Source: Patescibacteria group bacterium
Lineage (GTDB): Bacteria > Patescibacteriota > Patescibacteriia > Patescibacteriales > JAQVLT01
Direction of reading: 5' to 3'
Length of the DNA: 64,000 nucleotides
NCBI GenBank assembly: GCA_028704015.1
Contig: JAQVLT010000003.1
Location: 36,997-100,996, forward strand
The notes below the pieces were generated by a model that saw only the letters and a program-made list of their open reading frames with translations, did not search any database and was not told the origin of the DNA. This document shows, piece by piece, positions 54,200 through 64,000 of this stretch. Each line of letters begins with the position of its first letter. Position 1 is the first letter of the stretch. The position numbers were made by a program, and so were the translations under genes.

Positions 54200-55465
54200 C
54201 TAAGGCAATAGAGAAGAAAACCAATTTTTAATTTTACCTATGCTTTTATCAACCACCTCTCCGCCTGGCCAATTAACGTTAAAACGACCTTTATTTTTAG
54301 TCAAATAACTTCCCCAAACTACCAAGCCCAAAGCAGTAAGATATTTTAAATCATTTATTTTATCAATAACCGATTCCACATTTCTTGCCTTGCCCAATGC
54401 TGCCGGCAAACGCAATTTGTTTTTAGCAACATCCAAAATATCTTCTAACTTTGCTCCACCGCCTATTAATATAACACCGGCCGGCAACATACCGGAGCGT
54501 TCAACTTTTTTGAACTCCTGATCAACTTTTTCAAAAATCTCTTCAACGCGCGCTTCAATTATTTCCGCCACGTATTTCTGATTTATCTCTTTTAAATCAT
54601 CACCGACTTCTTCTTCTTTGAGCAATTCGCTAATATCTATTTCTTCTTTTTTTGTAAATCTGTTCGGCTGAGCGCTGCCATATTCTTTTTTAATACGTTC
54701 CGCTAAATTTATTGGACACCTCAAGCCAATAGCGATATCAGAAGTTATATGTTCTGAGCCGATCGGTATAACAGCCGTATGCAAAAGTTCGCCTTCTTCA
54801 AAGATTGCTAAACTTGTGGTAGAAGCGCCGATATTCACAATAGCCACGCCTAATTCTTTTTGCTTGGAATTTAATACTGCTTCAGCGGAAGCCAAGGGAG
54901 AAAGAACTAAATCATCAATATCCAAACCGGTCCGATAAATTGCCTTGGTTAAATTTTTAATTTGCGAAGACATGCCCTGGATAATCATAGTTTCCACTTC
55001 CAGGCGCACTCCAGTCATTCCGATCGGATCTTTAATGTCGGTCTGATTGTCAACGGAAAATTTTACCGGAATCACATGAAGAATTTCATAGTTTGGCGGA
55101 ACAGTTAAAGCTCTAGCCGCTTCAATCGCCCGTTCTATATCGTCTTCGCTAATCTCGCCATCGCTCTTGCCAACAGCTACCACTCCCCGGCTACGCTCGC
55201 ATTTTATATGAGGATCATTAATACTTACCCAGACATTTTCAATTGGTACGCCAATTAATCTTTCGGCTTTTTCTAAACAAGCAGAAATAGCCGAAGTCGC
55301 GTCTTCAATACTGGTAACCCCTCCTCTATTTATCCCCTGAGCTAAAGCTGAAACGGCGCCAATAATTTGTAATTTTTCTCCGTCTATCCCGTTTGCTTTT
55401 TGTCCTATTACCAGTCTAATTAAAGTTGAGCCAATATCCAAACCGGCAATTATATCATTTTTCAT
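54200..55465 (-). CDS. ftsA: cell division protein FtsA
   Basis: IIAGLDIGSTLIRLVIG, VNIGASTTSLAIF, VILIGGGAKL. The ORF track starts at 55501; ATG 55465 is preferred. Confidence 0.88.
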   Translation of the reverse strand: MKNDIIAGLDIGSTLIRLVIGQKANGIDGEKLQIIGAVSALAQGINRGGVTSIEDATSAISACLEKAERLIGVPIENVWVSINDPHIKCERSRGVVAVGKSDGEISEDDIERAIEAARALTVPPNYEILHVIPVKFSVDNQTDIKDPIGMTGVRLEVETMIIQGMSSQIKNLTKAIYRTGLDIDDLVLSPLASAEAVLNSKQKELGVAIVNIGASTTSLAIFEEGELLHTAVIPIGSEHITSDIAIGLRCPINLAERIKKEYGSAQPNRFTKKEEIDISELLKEEEVGDDLKEINQKYVAEIIEARVEEIFEKVDQEFKKVERSGMLPAGVILIGGGAKLEDILDVAKNKLRLPAALGKARNVESVIDKINDLKYLTALGLVVWGSYLTKNKGRFNVNWPGGEVVDKSIGKIKNWFSSLLP

Positions 55466-55681
55466 ATTTATTTTAACCCACAAATCAACAAACCCCTTCA
55501 TGAATTCACAAATTCTAAAAAATATATTTCTACAATATTTTTAGATTTATTGATAGATTCGTTGGTTTGTGGGTTATAAAACTATTTTTATACTCCTCGC
55601 GCTTATTTTAAAAAAATTAAATAATAACCCTGATATATGTTTATCCCTTTTATTATAACCAAAAAAATATAATCTGCCAAG

Positions 55682-56491
55682 CTAAAAAAGCCCAAAATAC
55701 CAATTTATTATTTTATCACCACAAAAAAGTGTAATTATTGTAGATACAGAAAGAAATACTCCTAGTGGCACCTGCGAGCCCCAATTCTTCTTTCTGGAAG
55801 CGATTAGGCCTATTCCCGCTACCGAACCTATTAAATACCCCAAAACAATAGCTACGAGCAAATATTCCCACCTTCCCAAAGACACACCCATTAATAATCC
55901 CAATCTTATATCTCCGCCGCCAATCCAGCGGCCGCGAGAAATTAAAAATTGCAAAAGAAAAAAGCCGGCGCCAATTATACCGCAAACCAACAAGCTAAGC
56001 CAGCTAAACCCCAAAAATAAATTAAATATAATCATTAAAATGCAAGCTGACAAACTAACCCTGTCCAATATCAAATACCACCGCAAATCGTAAACAAAAA
56101 TTATTATCATCATCGCAATTAAAAACCAATCGCGAAGGATGATAATTAGCAAATAGTGATTAATAAATAGTAATTGATAATTAGAAATTGTTTGAAAATT
56201 TTTAATAAAAATAAGTAGAAATAAAAAACCGGTTATAATTTCCACTACCGGATATTGCCAAGAAATCGGCTTGCCGCAATGTCGGCACTTGCCGCGTAAA
56301 AATAAAAAGCTGAAAACAGGAATATTATCATACCACGCAAGCTGGCGCAGACATTTTGGGCAAATTGAGCGTCCGCCAATGCTTTTTTCCTCGTGCATGC
56401 GCCAAATCAAACAATTTAAAAAACTACCGATGCATAAGCCGAAGATGAAAATAAAAAAATATATAAAATAAATCATAAATACCCAAAACAA
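55682..56491 (-). CDS. pilD: prepilin peptidase (A24 family)
   Basis: GSFLNCLIWR, CPKC..C.HCG zinc-ribbon, GGGDIRL motif. Confidence 0.88.
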   Translation of the reverse strand: MFWVFMIYFIYFFIFIFGLCIGSFLNCLIWRMHEEKSIGGRSICPKCLRQLAWYDNIPVFSFLFLRGKCRHCGKPISWQYPVVEIITGFLFLLIFIKNFQTISNYQLLFINHYLLIIILRDWFLIAMMIIIFVYDLRWYLILDRVSLSACILMIIFNLFLGFSWLSLLVCGIIGAGFFLLQFLISRGRWIGGGDIRLGLLMGVSLGRWEYLLVAIVLGYLIGSVAGIGLIASRKKNWGSQVPLGVFLSVSTIITLFCGDKIINWYFGLF

Positions 56492-56493
56492 AT

Positions 56494-58824
56494 TTAGTTA
56501 ATTTGAAGATTAACAATAAAATTAGCTAATTCTTTATTTCCTGGCTCAAGTTTCAAGGCCGACGCGGCGTACTCCTTGGCTTGTTCGCTATCCCCTTTTT
56601 CTTTATAAAGCATGGCAAGGGCATATGGCCAAGCATAATCTTTGGGGTTTCTGGCCTGCCCGTGTTTATTATACCATATCGCCTTATCAAAATCTCCTTT
56701 CTGGTAATAAGTATCGGCGATTTTTTTATTGAGAGAAATTGTATCGGGATTATCCAAATAAGCCAAACGGTAATAATTTTCCGCATCTTCAAATAATTTT
56801 TTATTCAAATAAATATCTCCCAAACTGCGATAGATTCGGCTTCTTTCATTTTTGACTGCGTTTTTGTGCTGAAAATTTATATAAGGACTATCCAGATCGG
56901 GGAATAATTCCAATGCTTTTAAATAATAATTTGCGGCTTCATTAAATTTTTCTATTTTAAATAAAAAATCGCCGTATTCATGATAACTTTTTGGCATTTG
57001 CGAGCTTAATGAGATTAATTCCAAAAAACTACTATTCGCCCCATCCGCATACTTAAAATCAATTTGCGCTAATCTTGATAAAATTTTTGCTCGTAAATAT
57101 TCATCGGCATAATTATCATATTTAATTTTTGATAAAATTTCTTCTAATTTTTTTGCCGGCAAAATATTAAGAAAATTATTCTTCATCACTTCATCCCAAT
57201 CTGATAATAATAAAGCAAACTTATATTCATAATAATTCGGTTTGATCGCCTTATCTTCTATTAAATAATAAATTTTCCACGCGCCGATAAAATCGTTTTC
57301 CTGCCTCGCATCTTCTATGGCTTTAAAGTAATAATCGCAAACTAATAAATTAAATTCTTTTTTTATTCCGATAATAACCAAGATTATAACAGCCGACAAA
57401 ATAATAATTTTAAATTTTTTTTTGCCTAACGAAGAAAATTTCTTAATTTTTGAATTATCTTCTTCAATTTTTTCTTTATTAACACCATCATTCTGCAAAG
57501 TAAAAATTATCGCAAAATAAAGCCAAAAGTAAATATTTGTAACTACGACAGAAAAGCTAAACAAAAGAGAAATTAAATAACCGCTTATCGCGATTAAAAG
57601 GAAAAAAGATAATAATGAACATTGGCCGTTAGCTTTAAAAATATTTAAAGCTCTGCGGAAAAAAACATATAATATAATTAAAAAAATTATTAAACCTGCT
57701 ATACCGCTGGTTAATAGTATATCCAAAATTAAATTGTGCGCGCGATCCGGATAATCATTGACCGTGCCATAAATCGCCCAATCTTTCTGATAATATTTCA
57801 CCAATATTTCACCCTGAGTTTCTAGCCCGTAGCCAAAAAAAGGCTTTTCTTTTATCGCATCCCAGCTAGCTTGCCAAAAATACATCCGCGCCGCCACGCT
57901 TCCTGACTTCAAATCAAAACCGTTTTTAATCCTTGACGCGAAAGAATTGTCAAATTTAAAAATAAAAATTAACGAAAATATAATCGCCAAGCCGAAAAAG
58001 ACAACCAAAGTTTTATTTTTAAATATTTTTCCTACAAAAAAACTTTTGCAATTATAAAAATATAAAACCCCGCTCAAAAACAAGGCGCCAATCATCCCTA
58101 AATACCCCCCGCGGCTTCCGGTAAAAATGAGACAAAGAAGATTAAAAAATAAAATAATAATAAAAGAAAATCTAACTAAAAATTTTTTACTTTGAAAAAT
58201 TAAATAAAAAATCAGAGGGATTATCAAGAGCAAATAAGAAGCTAAAAAATTTGGTTGCCCAAAAGTTGAAGTAACTCTGCCGGTCAGTAACGGCGGTTCG
58301 CTCCAATAAACAAAATCATAACCGAATTTTTGCGCTAAACCATAAAAACTGACAATAAAAGACGAAAATATAACAGCTAAAATTATGCGACTGATTCTAT
58401 TATTTTTTTCTTTATTGTCTATTGAGAGATGCAATAAAACAATGAAAAAAAATAATAAATAATAAAGGCTGGTTTCTAATCCTTGGTAGCGTTTGTACGC
58501 CCCAAAAAGGCTAAGACTCGGGTTAATGGAAAATATCGTTGATATCGCTAAGGAAAAAATAAATAGAAATAATATAAAAAAATATCTTGAAAATAAAATA
58601 TCTTTTATATTAAAATCATTTTGGTTTTTGATAAAAATAATTCTTGCGGACATAAATAACAGCAAAATCAAAACCAATGATTTAAAAATGAACAATTTAT
58701 TAATTTCAAATAAATCGGAGGTAAAAAAATAATAGGAAAAATAAACAGGCGTTGCCGCTATCACCGGCAACAATAAAGATTCTATTGTTAAATCAAAAAT
58801 TTTTGCCAAATTTAATCTTTTCAT
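56494..58824 (-). CDS. O-antigen ligase/Wzy_C-like polytopic protein with C-terminal TPR repeats
   Basis: GSRGGYLGMIGALF and RAHNLILDILLTSGIAG. At least 4 TPR-like repeats at the C-terminus. Confidence 0.72.
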   Translation of the reverse strand: MKRLNLAKIFDLTIESLLLPVIAATPVYFSYYFFTSDLFEINKLFIFKSLVLILLLFMSARIIFIKNQNDFNIKDILFSRYFFILFLFIFSLAISTIFSINPSLSLFGAYKRYQGLETSLYYLLFFFIVLLHLSIDNKEKNNRISRIILAVIFSSFIVSFYGLAQKFGYDFVYWSEPPLLTGRVTSTFGQPNFLASYLLLIIPLIFYLIFQSKKFLVRFSFIIILFFNLLCLIFTGSRGGYLGMIGALFLSGVLYFYNCKSFFVGKIFKNKTLVVFFGLAIIFSLIFIFKFDNSFASRIKNGFDLKSGSVAARMYFWQASWDAIKEKPFFGYGLETQGEILVKYYQKDWAIYGTVNDYPDRAHNLILDILLTSGIAGLIIFLIILYVFFRRALNIFKANGQCSLLSFFLLIAISGYLISLLFSFSVVVTNIYFWLYFAIIFTLQNDGVNKEKIEEDNSKIKKFSSLGKKKFKIIILSAVIILVIIGIKKEFNLLVCDYYFKAIEDARQENDFIGAWKIYYLIEDKAIKPNYYEYKFALLLSDWDEVMKNNFLNILPAKKLEEILSKIKYDNYADEYLRAKILSRLAQIDFKYADGANSSFLELISLSSQMPKSYHEYGDFLFKIEKFNEAANYYLKALELFPDLDSPYINFQHKNAVKNERSRIYRSLGDIYLNKKLFEDAENYYRLAYLDNPDTISLNKKIADTYYQKGDFDKAIWYNKHGQARNPKDYAWPYALAMLYKEKGDSEQAKEYAASALKLEPGNKELANFIVNLQIN

Positions 58825-58856
58825 ATTTATATTATAACCCAGAAAAAAACAAACTA

Positions 58857-58883
58857 AAAGTCCCGACTTACTCGGGACTTTTA
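58857..58883. terminator. hairpin AAAAGTCCCG-ACTTAC-TCGGGACTTTT
   Basis: Read directly, downstream of the pilin gene. Confidence 0.55.
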
Positions 58884-58907
58884 GTTGTATACAATTAAGT
58901 TTTATTC

Positions 58908-59330
58908 TTAATTATCAGCAATGGAACCGGGGGTGGCATAATTTAAATTGCCAACCACTGATTCGGGAGCGCCAGCCGCGACCGCTTCAAGACAATATTG
59001 TATTGTATAAGATGATCCTGCGGGTGTACCTGTTTGAGCGTAGGTATAATTATTTTCTGCTCCGGTGCAACTGCTTGGAGACGGATCTTGCGGAACTTGT
59101 TTCATATAAGTAAGAAACAAAGTATCAGTTAAATCTATTGGATAAGTACTACTAGCGGTATAATACATTTCCAAAGCCGTTTGCATTTGTTTAATATCTG
59201 ATAAACGCCTTACGTCCCTTGCTTTACCTCTAGCGCTACCCAACGATACTAATGCTAAAGTCGCTAACAAACCAAGAATGGCAATAACGACCAAAAGCTC
59301 AATTAAAGTAAAACCTTTTTTATTCTTCAT
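58908..59330 (-). CDS. type IV pilin (prepilin N-terminal methylation motif)
   Basis: KGFTLIELLVVIAILGLLA. Strong SD GGAGGTG. Confidence 0.88.
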   Translation of the reverse strand: MKNKKGFTLIELLVVIAILGLLATLALVSLGSARGKARDVRRLSDIKQMQTALEMYYTASSTYPIDLTDTLFLTYMKQVPQDPSPSSCTGAENNYTYAQTGTPAGSSYTIQYCLEAVAAGAPESVVGNLNYATPGSIADN

Positions 59331-59480
59331 AATTCACCTCCTTCTAAAATTATCGGTCGTTATTTTAATCCCAGGAATTAAAATAACGAACGAAAGATTT
59401 TTTAATAATTAATAGCTACTACTTATCCACAATTATAACATAAAATTTAATTATATTCTATAATTTTCTGTGCTATTTTT

Positions 59481-60686
59481 TTAAAATGCCGAGGCCATAT
59501 TATACATCGGCAAAATTATTGCCGCCACCATAACCGCTACGGCGATACCCATAATAACCATAATCACCGGTTCCATTAATGACATGAGATTATTAACCGT
59601 ATTATTAATATCTCGCGTGTAAAAATCAGTAACTTTAGCCAAAACTAAATCTAATTTTCCGGTTTTTTCTCCAACGCTTAGCATTTGCGAGACCATTTTT
59701 GGAACTTCCGGACTGGCGGCAAACACTCCCGATATAGTGTTACCGTTCTCAACCTCCTTTAACGTCTCAATAATCAATTCTTTGTAAATTTTATTATCAA
59801 CAACGTCGGCAGCCACTTCTAAACTTTTGGAAATTGTTACGCCGCCAAGTATCAAGGTATGCATTGAGCGGGAAAAACGGACTAAATAAATATTTTTTAA
59901 CAAATTGCCAAAAAGCGGGAGTTTCAATTTTAAGTGATCAATCGTCCTCTTGCCGGAAATTGTTTTAGCATAAAATCTAAAACCAACGACTGCCGCCACT
60001 AAAATTATTAAAAATAACCACCAATAACTGACTAAAAAATCAGAAATCCCTATTAATATTTTAGTAGCCATTGGCAGCGGCGCCCCGCTTTCAATCATCA
60101 CAGCGGTTAATTGCGGAATAACTTTTATCATCATTAATGCCCCCACAACAACTAAAGTGCAAAAAAGAAAAATCGGATAAATCATCGCTCCTTTGATCTT
60201 GCTCATCATGTCAAAATCCTTTTCCATTTCATCGGCTAAATAATTAAGCACTTCGTCTAATTTTCCGGAAGTTTCTCCCGACTTAATCACGCTGACAAAA
60301 AATTCAGAAAATACCTTGGATTTTTTTGACATCGCCTCTGACAAACGCGCGCCACCGTCCACTTCGTCGGAAATTTCCGTAATAACAGACTTTAATTTCT
60401 CATTTTCCGTTTGTTCGGCGACAATGCCCAAGGCCTGCACAATCGCCACGTTAGCCGACACCATGACAGAAAACTGCCGGGAAAATATAACCAAATCCTT
60501 TGTTTTTATTCTATTAAACAATGAGATATTTAAGTTTATTTTTTTCCCTTTATCCGGACCCAAGTAAATAACTTCCAAATTGTTATCACGCAAAATCTCA
60601 GCCGCCAAACTTTCGGTCGGTGCTTCTACCAGCCCGGCAACTAAATTTTTTTCGCTATCAGAGGCTTTGTATTTAAATATTGGCAT
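59481..60686 (-). CDS. pilC: type IV pilus platform protein PilC (GspF family)
   Basis: 401 aa with two T2SSF repeats and 3 TM. Confidence 0.9.
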   Translation of the reverse strand: MPIFKYKASDSEKNLVAGLVEAPTESLAAEILRDNNLEVIYLGPDKGKKINLNISLFNRIKTKDLVIFSRQFSVMVSANVAIVQALGIVAEQTENEKLKSVITEISDEVDGGARLSEAMSKKSKVFSEFFVSVIKSGETSGKLDEVLNYLADEMEKDFDMMSKIKGAMIYPIFLFCTLVVVGALMMIKVIPQLTAVMIESGAPLPMATKILIGISDFLVSYWWLFLIILVAAVVGFRFYAKTISGKRTIDHLKLKLPLFGNLLKNIYLVRFSRSMHTLILGGVTISKSLEVAADVVDNKIYKELIIETLKEVENGNTISGVFAASPEVPKMVSQMLSVGEKTGKLDLVLAKVTDFYTRDINNTVNNLMSLMEPVIMVIMGIAVAVMVAAIILPMYNMASAF

Positions 60687-60689
60687 AGT

Positions 60690-61736
60690 TTATAATTTAA
60701 ATTTTTGCACTTCTTCGCGCTCTATGAGCCCGGATTTTTCCAAATCTTCAATTGATTTTTTCATGCTAACCATGCCTTCACTCCGGGAAGTTTGAATAAT
60801 ATTTTCAAGCTGTTGAATTTTTCCTTCACGAATTAAGGATTTGGCCGCCGGATTGGCAAAGAAAATTTCTAATGCCAAAGCCAAACCGCCACCTCTTTTA
60901 GGAATTAAACGTTGAACGATAACACCAATTAATATATCAGCCAAGGCGTAACGAATTGTCTCGGAAGAAGATTTTTTTTCCGAAGAACCAATAATTTTTT
61001 CCAGCGCCCGCAAGGCATTTTCCGCTTTCATTTCCATAATAACCAGGGAATTTCCTGCCGCCAACTCTAAAACCAAGGGGACCGAAGCGTTAAATTCCTT
61101 TTTTAAATCATCAACGTAGATTATATCAACATCTTCCTCTAAGCAATGTTCGAGTCCGGCCTGAAAAGATTCTACATCCTTGCCCACTCCTCTTTGATCA
61201 ATAATGCTTTTTTTATTATTAAAAATATATTTAATCGGATATTCCAAGGTATTAATATATTTCTTGCTATTTTTATTTACTTCTTCTAGAAGAGCGGTGA
61301 TGGTAGAAGTCTTGCCTGAGTCATTCGGACCGGCAATAATCAAAAGCCCGGAATTAAAATTTAAAATGTTACTGAGTTCCTTTGGTAATCCCAGCTCGGA
61401 TAAAGTTTTTATTTTATCGGAAATATAGCTAAAAGAAATAGCGGGCAAATTTTTTTGATAAAAAATACTCGCTTGAAAACGAAAATCGTTAACAAAATTT
61501 TTTACTACCGTGATTTCCCGCGCTTGTTTGAATTTTTCCATTTCGCTTTCATCCAAAATCGTTCCGATTAACTTGTTAAGCAAATCTAAAGAAAGCGGCG
61601 ACTCTTTTTCCAATGAATTCAATTTACCATCAATTCTCAAAACCGGCGCGCTGCCGGCGGAAAAATGCAAATTAGTCGCCCCCTTCTTGGCGGTTTCCAA
61701 AAGTATTCTATCAAGATATGCTTTGGGTAACTCCAT
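60690..61736 (-). CDS. PilT-like hexameric ATPase with degenerate Asp, Walker B and His boxes
   Basis: Walker A GPNDSGKT is retained. By-eye alignment: TLEYPIK for TIEDPIE, IIYVDDLKK for ILVGEMRD, AGNSLVIMEMKA for TGHLVFGTLHT. Confidence 0.78.
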   Translation of the reverse strand: MELPKAYLDRILLETAKKGATNLHFSAGSAPVLRIDGKLNSLEKESPLSLDLLNKLIGTILDESEMEKFKQAREITVVKNFVNDFRFQASIFYQKNLPAISFSYISDKIKTLSELGLPKELSNILNFNSGLLIIAGPNDSGKTSTITALLEEVNKNSKKYINTLEYPIKYIFNNKKSIIDQRGVGKDVESFQAGLEHCLEEDVDIIYVDDLKKEFNASVPLVLELAAGNSLVIMEMKAENALRALEKIIGSSEKKSSSETIRYALADILIGVIVQRLIPKRGGGLALALEIFFANPAAKSLIREGKIQQLENIIQTSRSEGMVSMKKSIEDLEKSGLIEREEVQKFKL

Positions 61737-61746
61737 ATTGTAAATT

Positions 61747-62142
61747 TTACTTTTTCTTGCTTTCTTGAACTAAGTTTTTTATTTTATCAATAACCTCCGA
61801 GGGCATAAAATGCGCGTTGATTAAATAATCGTTAGCACCGAGCGCCAAGCCTTTTTCCACTGAATCTTTCTGACTCAAATTAGTAAGCAAAATTACGGGA
61901 ATTTTGTTTGTTTTGGAATCTTTTTTGATTCTTTTTAAAAATTCAAAACCATCTATGCCGGGAAGAATTATATCTAACAAAATAATATCCGGAATATCTT
62001 TGGATATTATTTCCAATCCCTTCTCCGCGTCTTCGGCGGTTGATACTTTAAAATTTTCCAATTCAAATTTGGTAGCATACATACCAAGCAAAAATAAATC
62101 GTCCTCTACAATTAAAATTTTATAATTTCCATTTTTTGGCAT
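61747..62142 (-). CDS. single-domain response regulator (CheY-like)
   Basis: KILIVEDD...ILLDIILPGIDGFE. Confidence 0.88.
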   Translation of the reverse strand: MPKNGNYKILIVEDDLFLLGMYATKFELENFKVSTAEDAEKGLEIISKDIPDIILLDIILPGIDGFEFLKRIKKDSKTNKIPVILLTNLSQKDSVEKGLALGANDYLINAHFMPSEVIDKIKNLVQESKKK

Positions 62143-62212
62143 ATTTTTATAATTAATTTTAAACTATGATTATCTATATTTTACACTATTTTTGATTTTA
62201 TCGCCAGCTAAC

Positions 62213-62653
62213 TTATCGTCTTCTGCGCCCGCCGATAATCATTTCTATCGTATCCAAAACTTCCTGCGGTGTCACGTCGCGTTTAAAAATATAGGCGGCT
62301 GCTCCCATTTTCTCGCTTTTTTTCCTGTCCTGCTCGGTATCAAGGTTGGTAAACATAAGAATCGGTATTTCTCTGATTTTACGATTCTTTTTAACCACCC
62401 TTAGGTACTCATATCCTTGCTCGGCAACCATATTCATAACGCCCTTTTCTTCTTTGGGAATAATAATATCCAATAACACAATGTCCGGCTGTTCAAATTC
62501 GGTAATGCTAAGCGCTTCTTTAATGTTTGAAGTGGTCATAAAATCATAGCCATTTTTTTCAAAAAAATCATGATACATATCCACCAAGTTTTTTTCATCT
62601 TCAACGAAAAGTATCCTTCCCTTGCTTGATTTCATTACATTTGTCCTTGCCAT
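62213..62653 (-). CDS. single-domain response regulator (CheY-like)
   Basis: RILFVEDE...VLLDIIIP...MFTNL. Confidence 0.85.
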   Translation of the reverse strand: MARTNVMKSSKGRILFVEDEKNLVDMYHDFFEKNGYDFMTTSNIKEALSITEFEQPDIVLLDIIIPKEEKGVMNMVAEQGYEYLRVVKKNRKIREIPILMFTNLDTEQDRKKSEKMGAAAYIFKRDVTPQEVLDTIEMIIGGRRRR

Positions 62654-62662
62654 ATATTTTAT

Positions 62663-63847
62663 TTATTTTTCAAATATAACAATCTTATTTTTTGCGGTTA
62701 CTGCTTGCTGTCCATCGGCGGATTTTTGGCCTTGATAAAGCGGGATTGTGAAACTGAAAGTCGTACACTTACCTTCGCCGGCGCTATTAAAGCCGATTTC
62801 ACCATCGTTTCCCTCTACGATTTTCTTGGCGATATATAATCCCAGCCCGGAACCATCAGCGCGCAAAGAGGTAGCGCCAATGCCGCGGGAAAATTTCTGG
62901 AATAATATTTTCTCATTCTCCTTGCTGACGCCGACTCCGGTATCCTTGATTTTTATTTTTAAAAACTTTCTGTCTCCGGTTAATTCATACGCCGCGCTGA
63001 CACTGCCTTCACGCGTGTAATAAACCGCATTATCCAAAAGATTGGAAATAACATGAGTGATCTTCTTCTCGTCACACCAGACAAGCGGAACGGTAAAATC
63101 CGGCTTTTCTACGAATATTTTTAATTTACGATCAATCGCCAGTTTCATTTTCTTTTTCTCCTCCGCGAGCTTTTCCACTACTGGCGCGATATCGGTTTTC
63201 GCCTGATCCATTTTCATTTTTTCTCCCTCAAGTTCGTAAGCGTCCCAAAAATCGAAAACCGTCTGCGCCATTCGTTCAAATCCAGCCTTGATATTTAAAA
63301 GCGCGCGCTCTGTTGCCCAGCTTTTATCTTCCATCATTGCAAAAGCGCCCCGCACGATTGAAATTGGCGTGTTTAATTGGTGATTAACCACCCGCAAAAA
63401 GTCATTCTTCATATTTAATAATTCCTGTAGATATCTGCTTTTTTCTCTAATATCCTGAGTTTGTTCGTTTACTTTTTCCTCAAGATTGTCAGTTAATTCC
63501 TTTAATTCATCTTTGGCTTTTTTAAGAGAAAAATTTGCTTTGATAATTTTCTCGGTACTACTATTAAAAAAGTAGCCGTAGACAATAACCAATGCAAAAA
63601 CTGTAATTATCGCTAACAAGGAAAGTCTTTTTTCAATAAGAACAAAAAGTGTAAAAGATAAAAGTATTAAAATCAGACTGATAATTTGGTATTGCAAAAA
63701 TAAACAATTGCGAAAATTAAATTCGCAATATTGACAACGCTTATAGGGCGGATAATTAAGATTTTTGACTAACCAGCAATTTTTATTAAGATAGCTGCAG
63801 CCGCCAACCTCTTTCTGCCCACTTTTATTCTTGACGCCTTCTTTCAT
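62663..63847 (-). CDS. sensor histidine kinase with a Cys-rich N-terminus
   Basis: H-box VVNHQLNTP, N-box NLLDNAVYYT, DTGVGV, GSGLGLYIAKKIV. The N-terminus carries 5 Cys before 2 TM. Confidence 0.88.
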   Translation of the reverse strand: MKEGVKNKSGQKEVGGCSYLNKNCWLVKNLNYPPYKRCQYCEFNFRNCLFLQYQIISLILILLSFTLFVLIEKRLSLLAIITVFALVIVYGYFFNSSTEKIIKANFSLKKAKDELKELTDNLEEKVNEQTQDIREKSRYLQELLNMKNDFLRVVNHQLNTPISIVRGAFAMMEDKSWATERALLNIKAGFERMAQTVFDFWDAYELEGEKMKMDQAKTDIAPVVEKLAEEKKKMKLAIDRKLKIFVEKPDFTVPLVWCDEKKITHVISNLLDNAVYYTREGSVSAAYELTGDRKFLKIKIKDTGVGVSKENEKILFQKFSRGIGATSLRADGSGLGLYIAKKIVEGNDGEIGFNSAGEGKCTTFSFTIPLYQGQKSADGQQAVTAKNKIVIFEK

Positions 63848-64000
63848 GTATTATAAAATGCTAACTATTTGCTATTTCTACTAAATATTTTTTTAAAAAA
63901 AACATACATTAAAGTTGCCACGCAAAAACCGACAAAACAAGCTAAAAATATCATCGCATCAACTACTAAAAGATAAATCCAGGCACCATCAACAAATTTG

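Noticed and set aside
63880-64000. Possible C-terminal fragment of a membrane protein on the minus strand (...KFVDGAWIYLLVVDAMIFLACFVGFCVATLMYVFF stop)
   Set aside because: Only about 35 codons are visible at the window edge and no family is assignable, so it is not reported as a feature.

Overview
Low-GC bacterial chromosome segment; sampled 60-nt lines are about 25-35% G+C. The gene content looks like a streamlined CPR/Patescibacteria-type genome, but that attribution is inference from content only. Core genes include the operon infA-rpmJ-rpsM-rpsK-rpsD-rpoA-rplQ-rplM-rpsI behind a consensus promoter, plus prfB, alaS, tsf, rpsB, gap, mnmA, truD, ftsA, parAB and RNase P RNA. Competence and type IV pilus genes are comEC, comFC, pilM, pilD, a pilin, pilC and a PilT-like ATPase, next to two CheY-like regulators and a histidine kinase. 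There is also a glycosyltransferase/sugar-transferase cluster and a HydA plus NuoF-like [FeFe]-hydrogenase module. The main oddities are these. (1) Two families of GC-rich palindromic mini-elements sit in intergenic DNA, in RNase P RNA, and in frame inside at least seven conserved genes; one gives the same 20-aa peptide in two unrelated enzymes and a shorter shared core in a third. (2) A GIY-YIG gene is bracketed by a 41-bp duplication of the 5' half of tRNA-Val that ends at the 37/38 anticodon-loop position. (3) Three GC-rich islets (55-67% in sampled lines) look foreign: purH-purB-purE-purC next to tRNA-Val, a beta-CASP MBL nuclease with an orphan gene, and an HTH gene. (4) A four-helix-bundle (23S IVS-protein type) gene between parA and parB is flanked by perfect 37-bp inverted repeats. 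(5) RpoA has an acidic tail ending in an AT-hook in place of the alpha-CTD. (6) A structured GC-rich RNA candidate lies upstream of comEC. No CRISPR array, rRNA, integrase or transposase was recognised.
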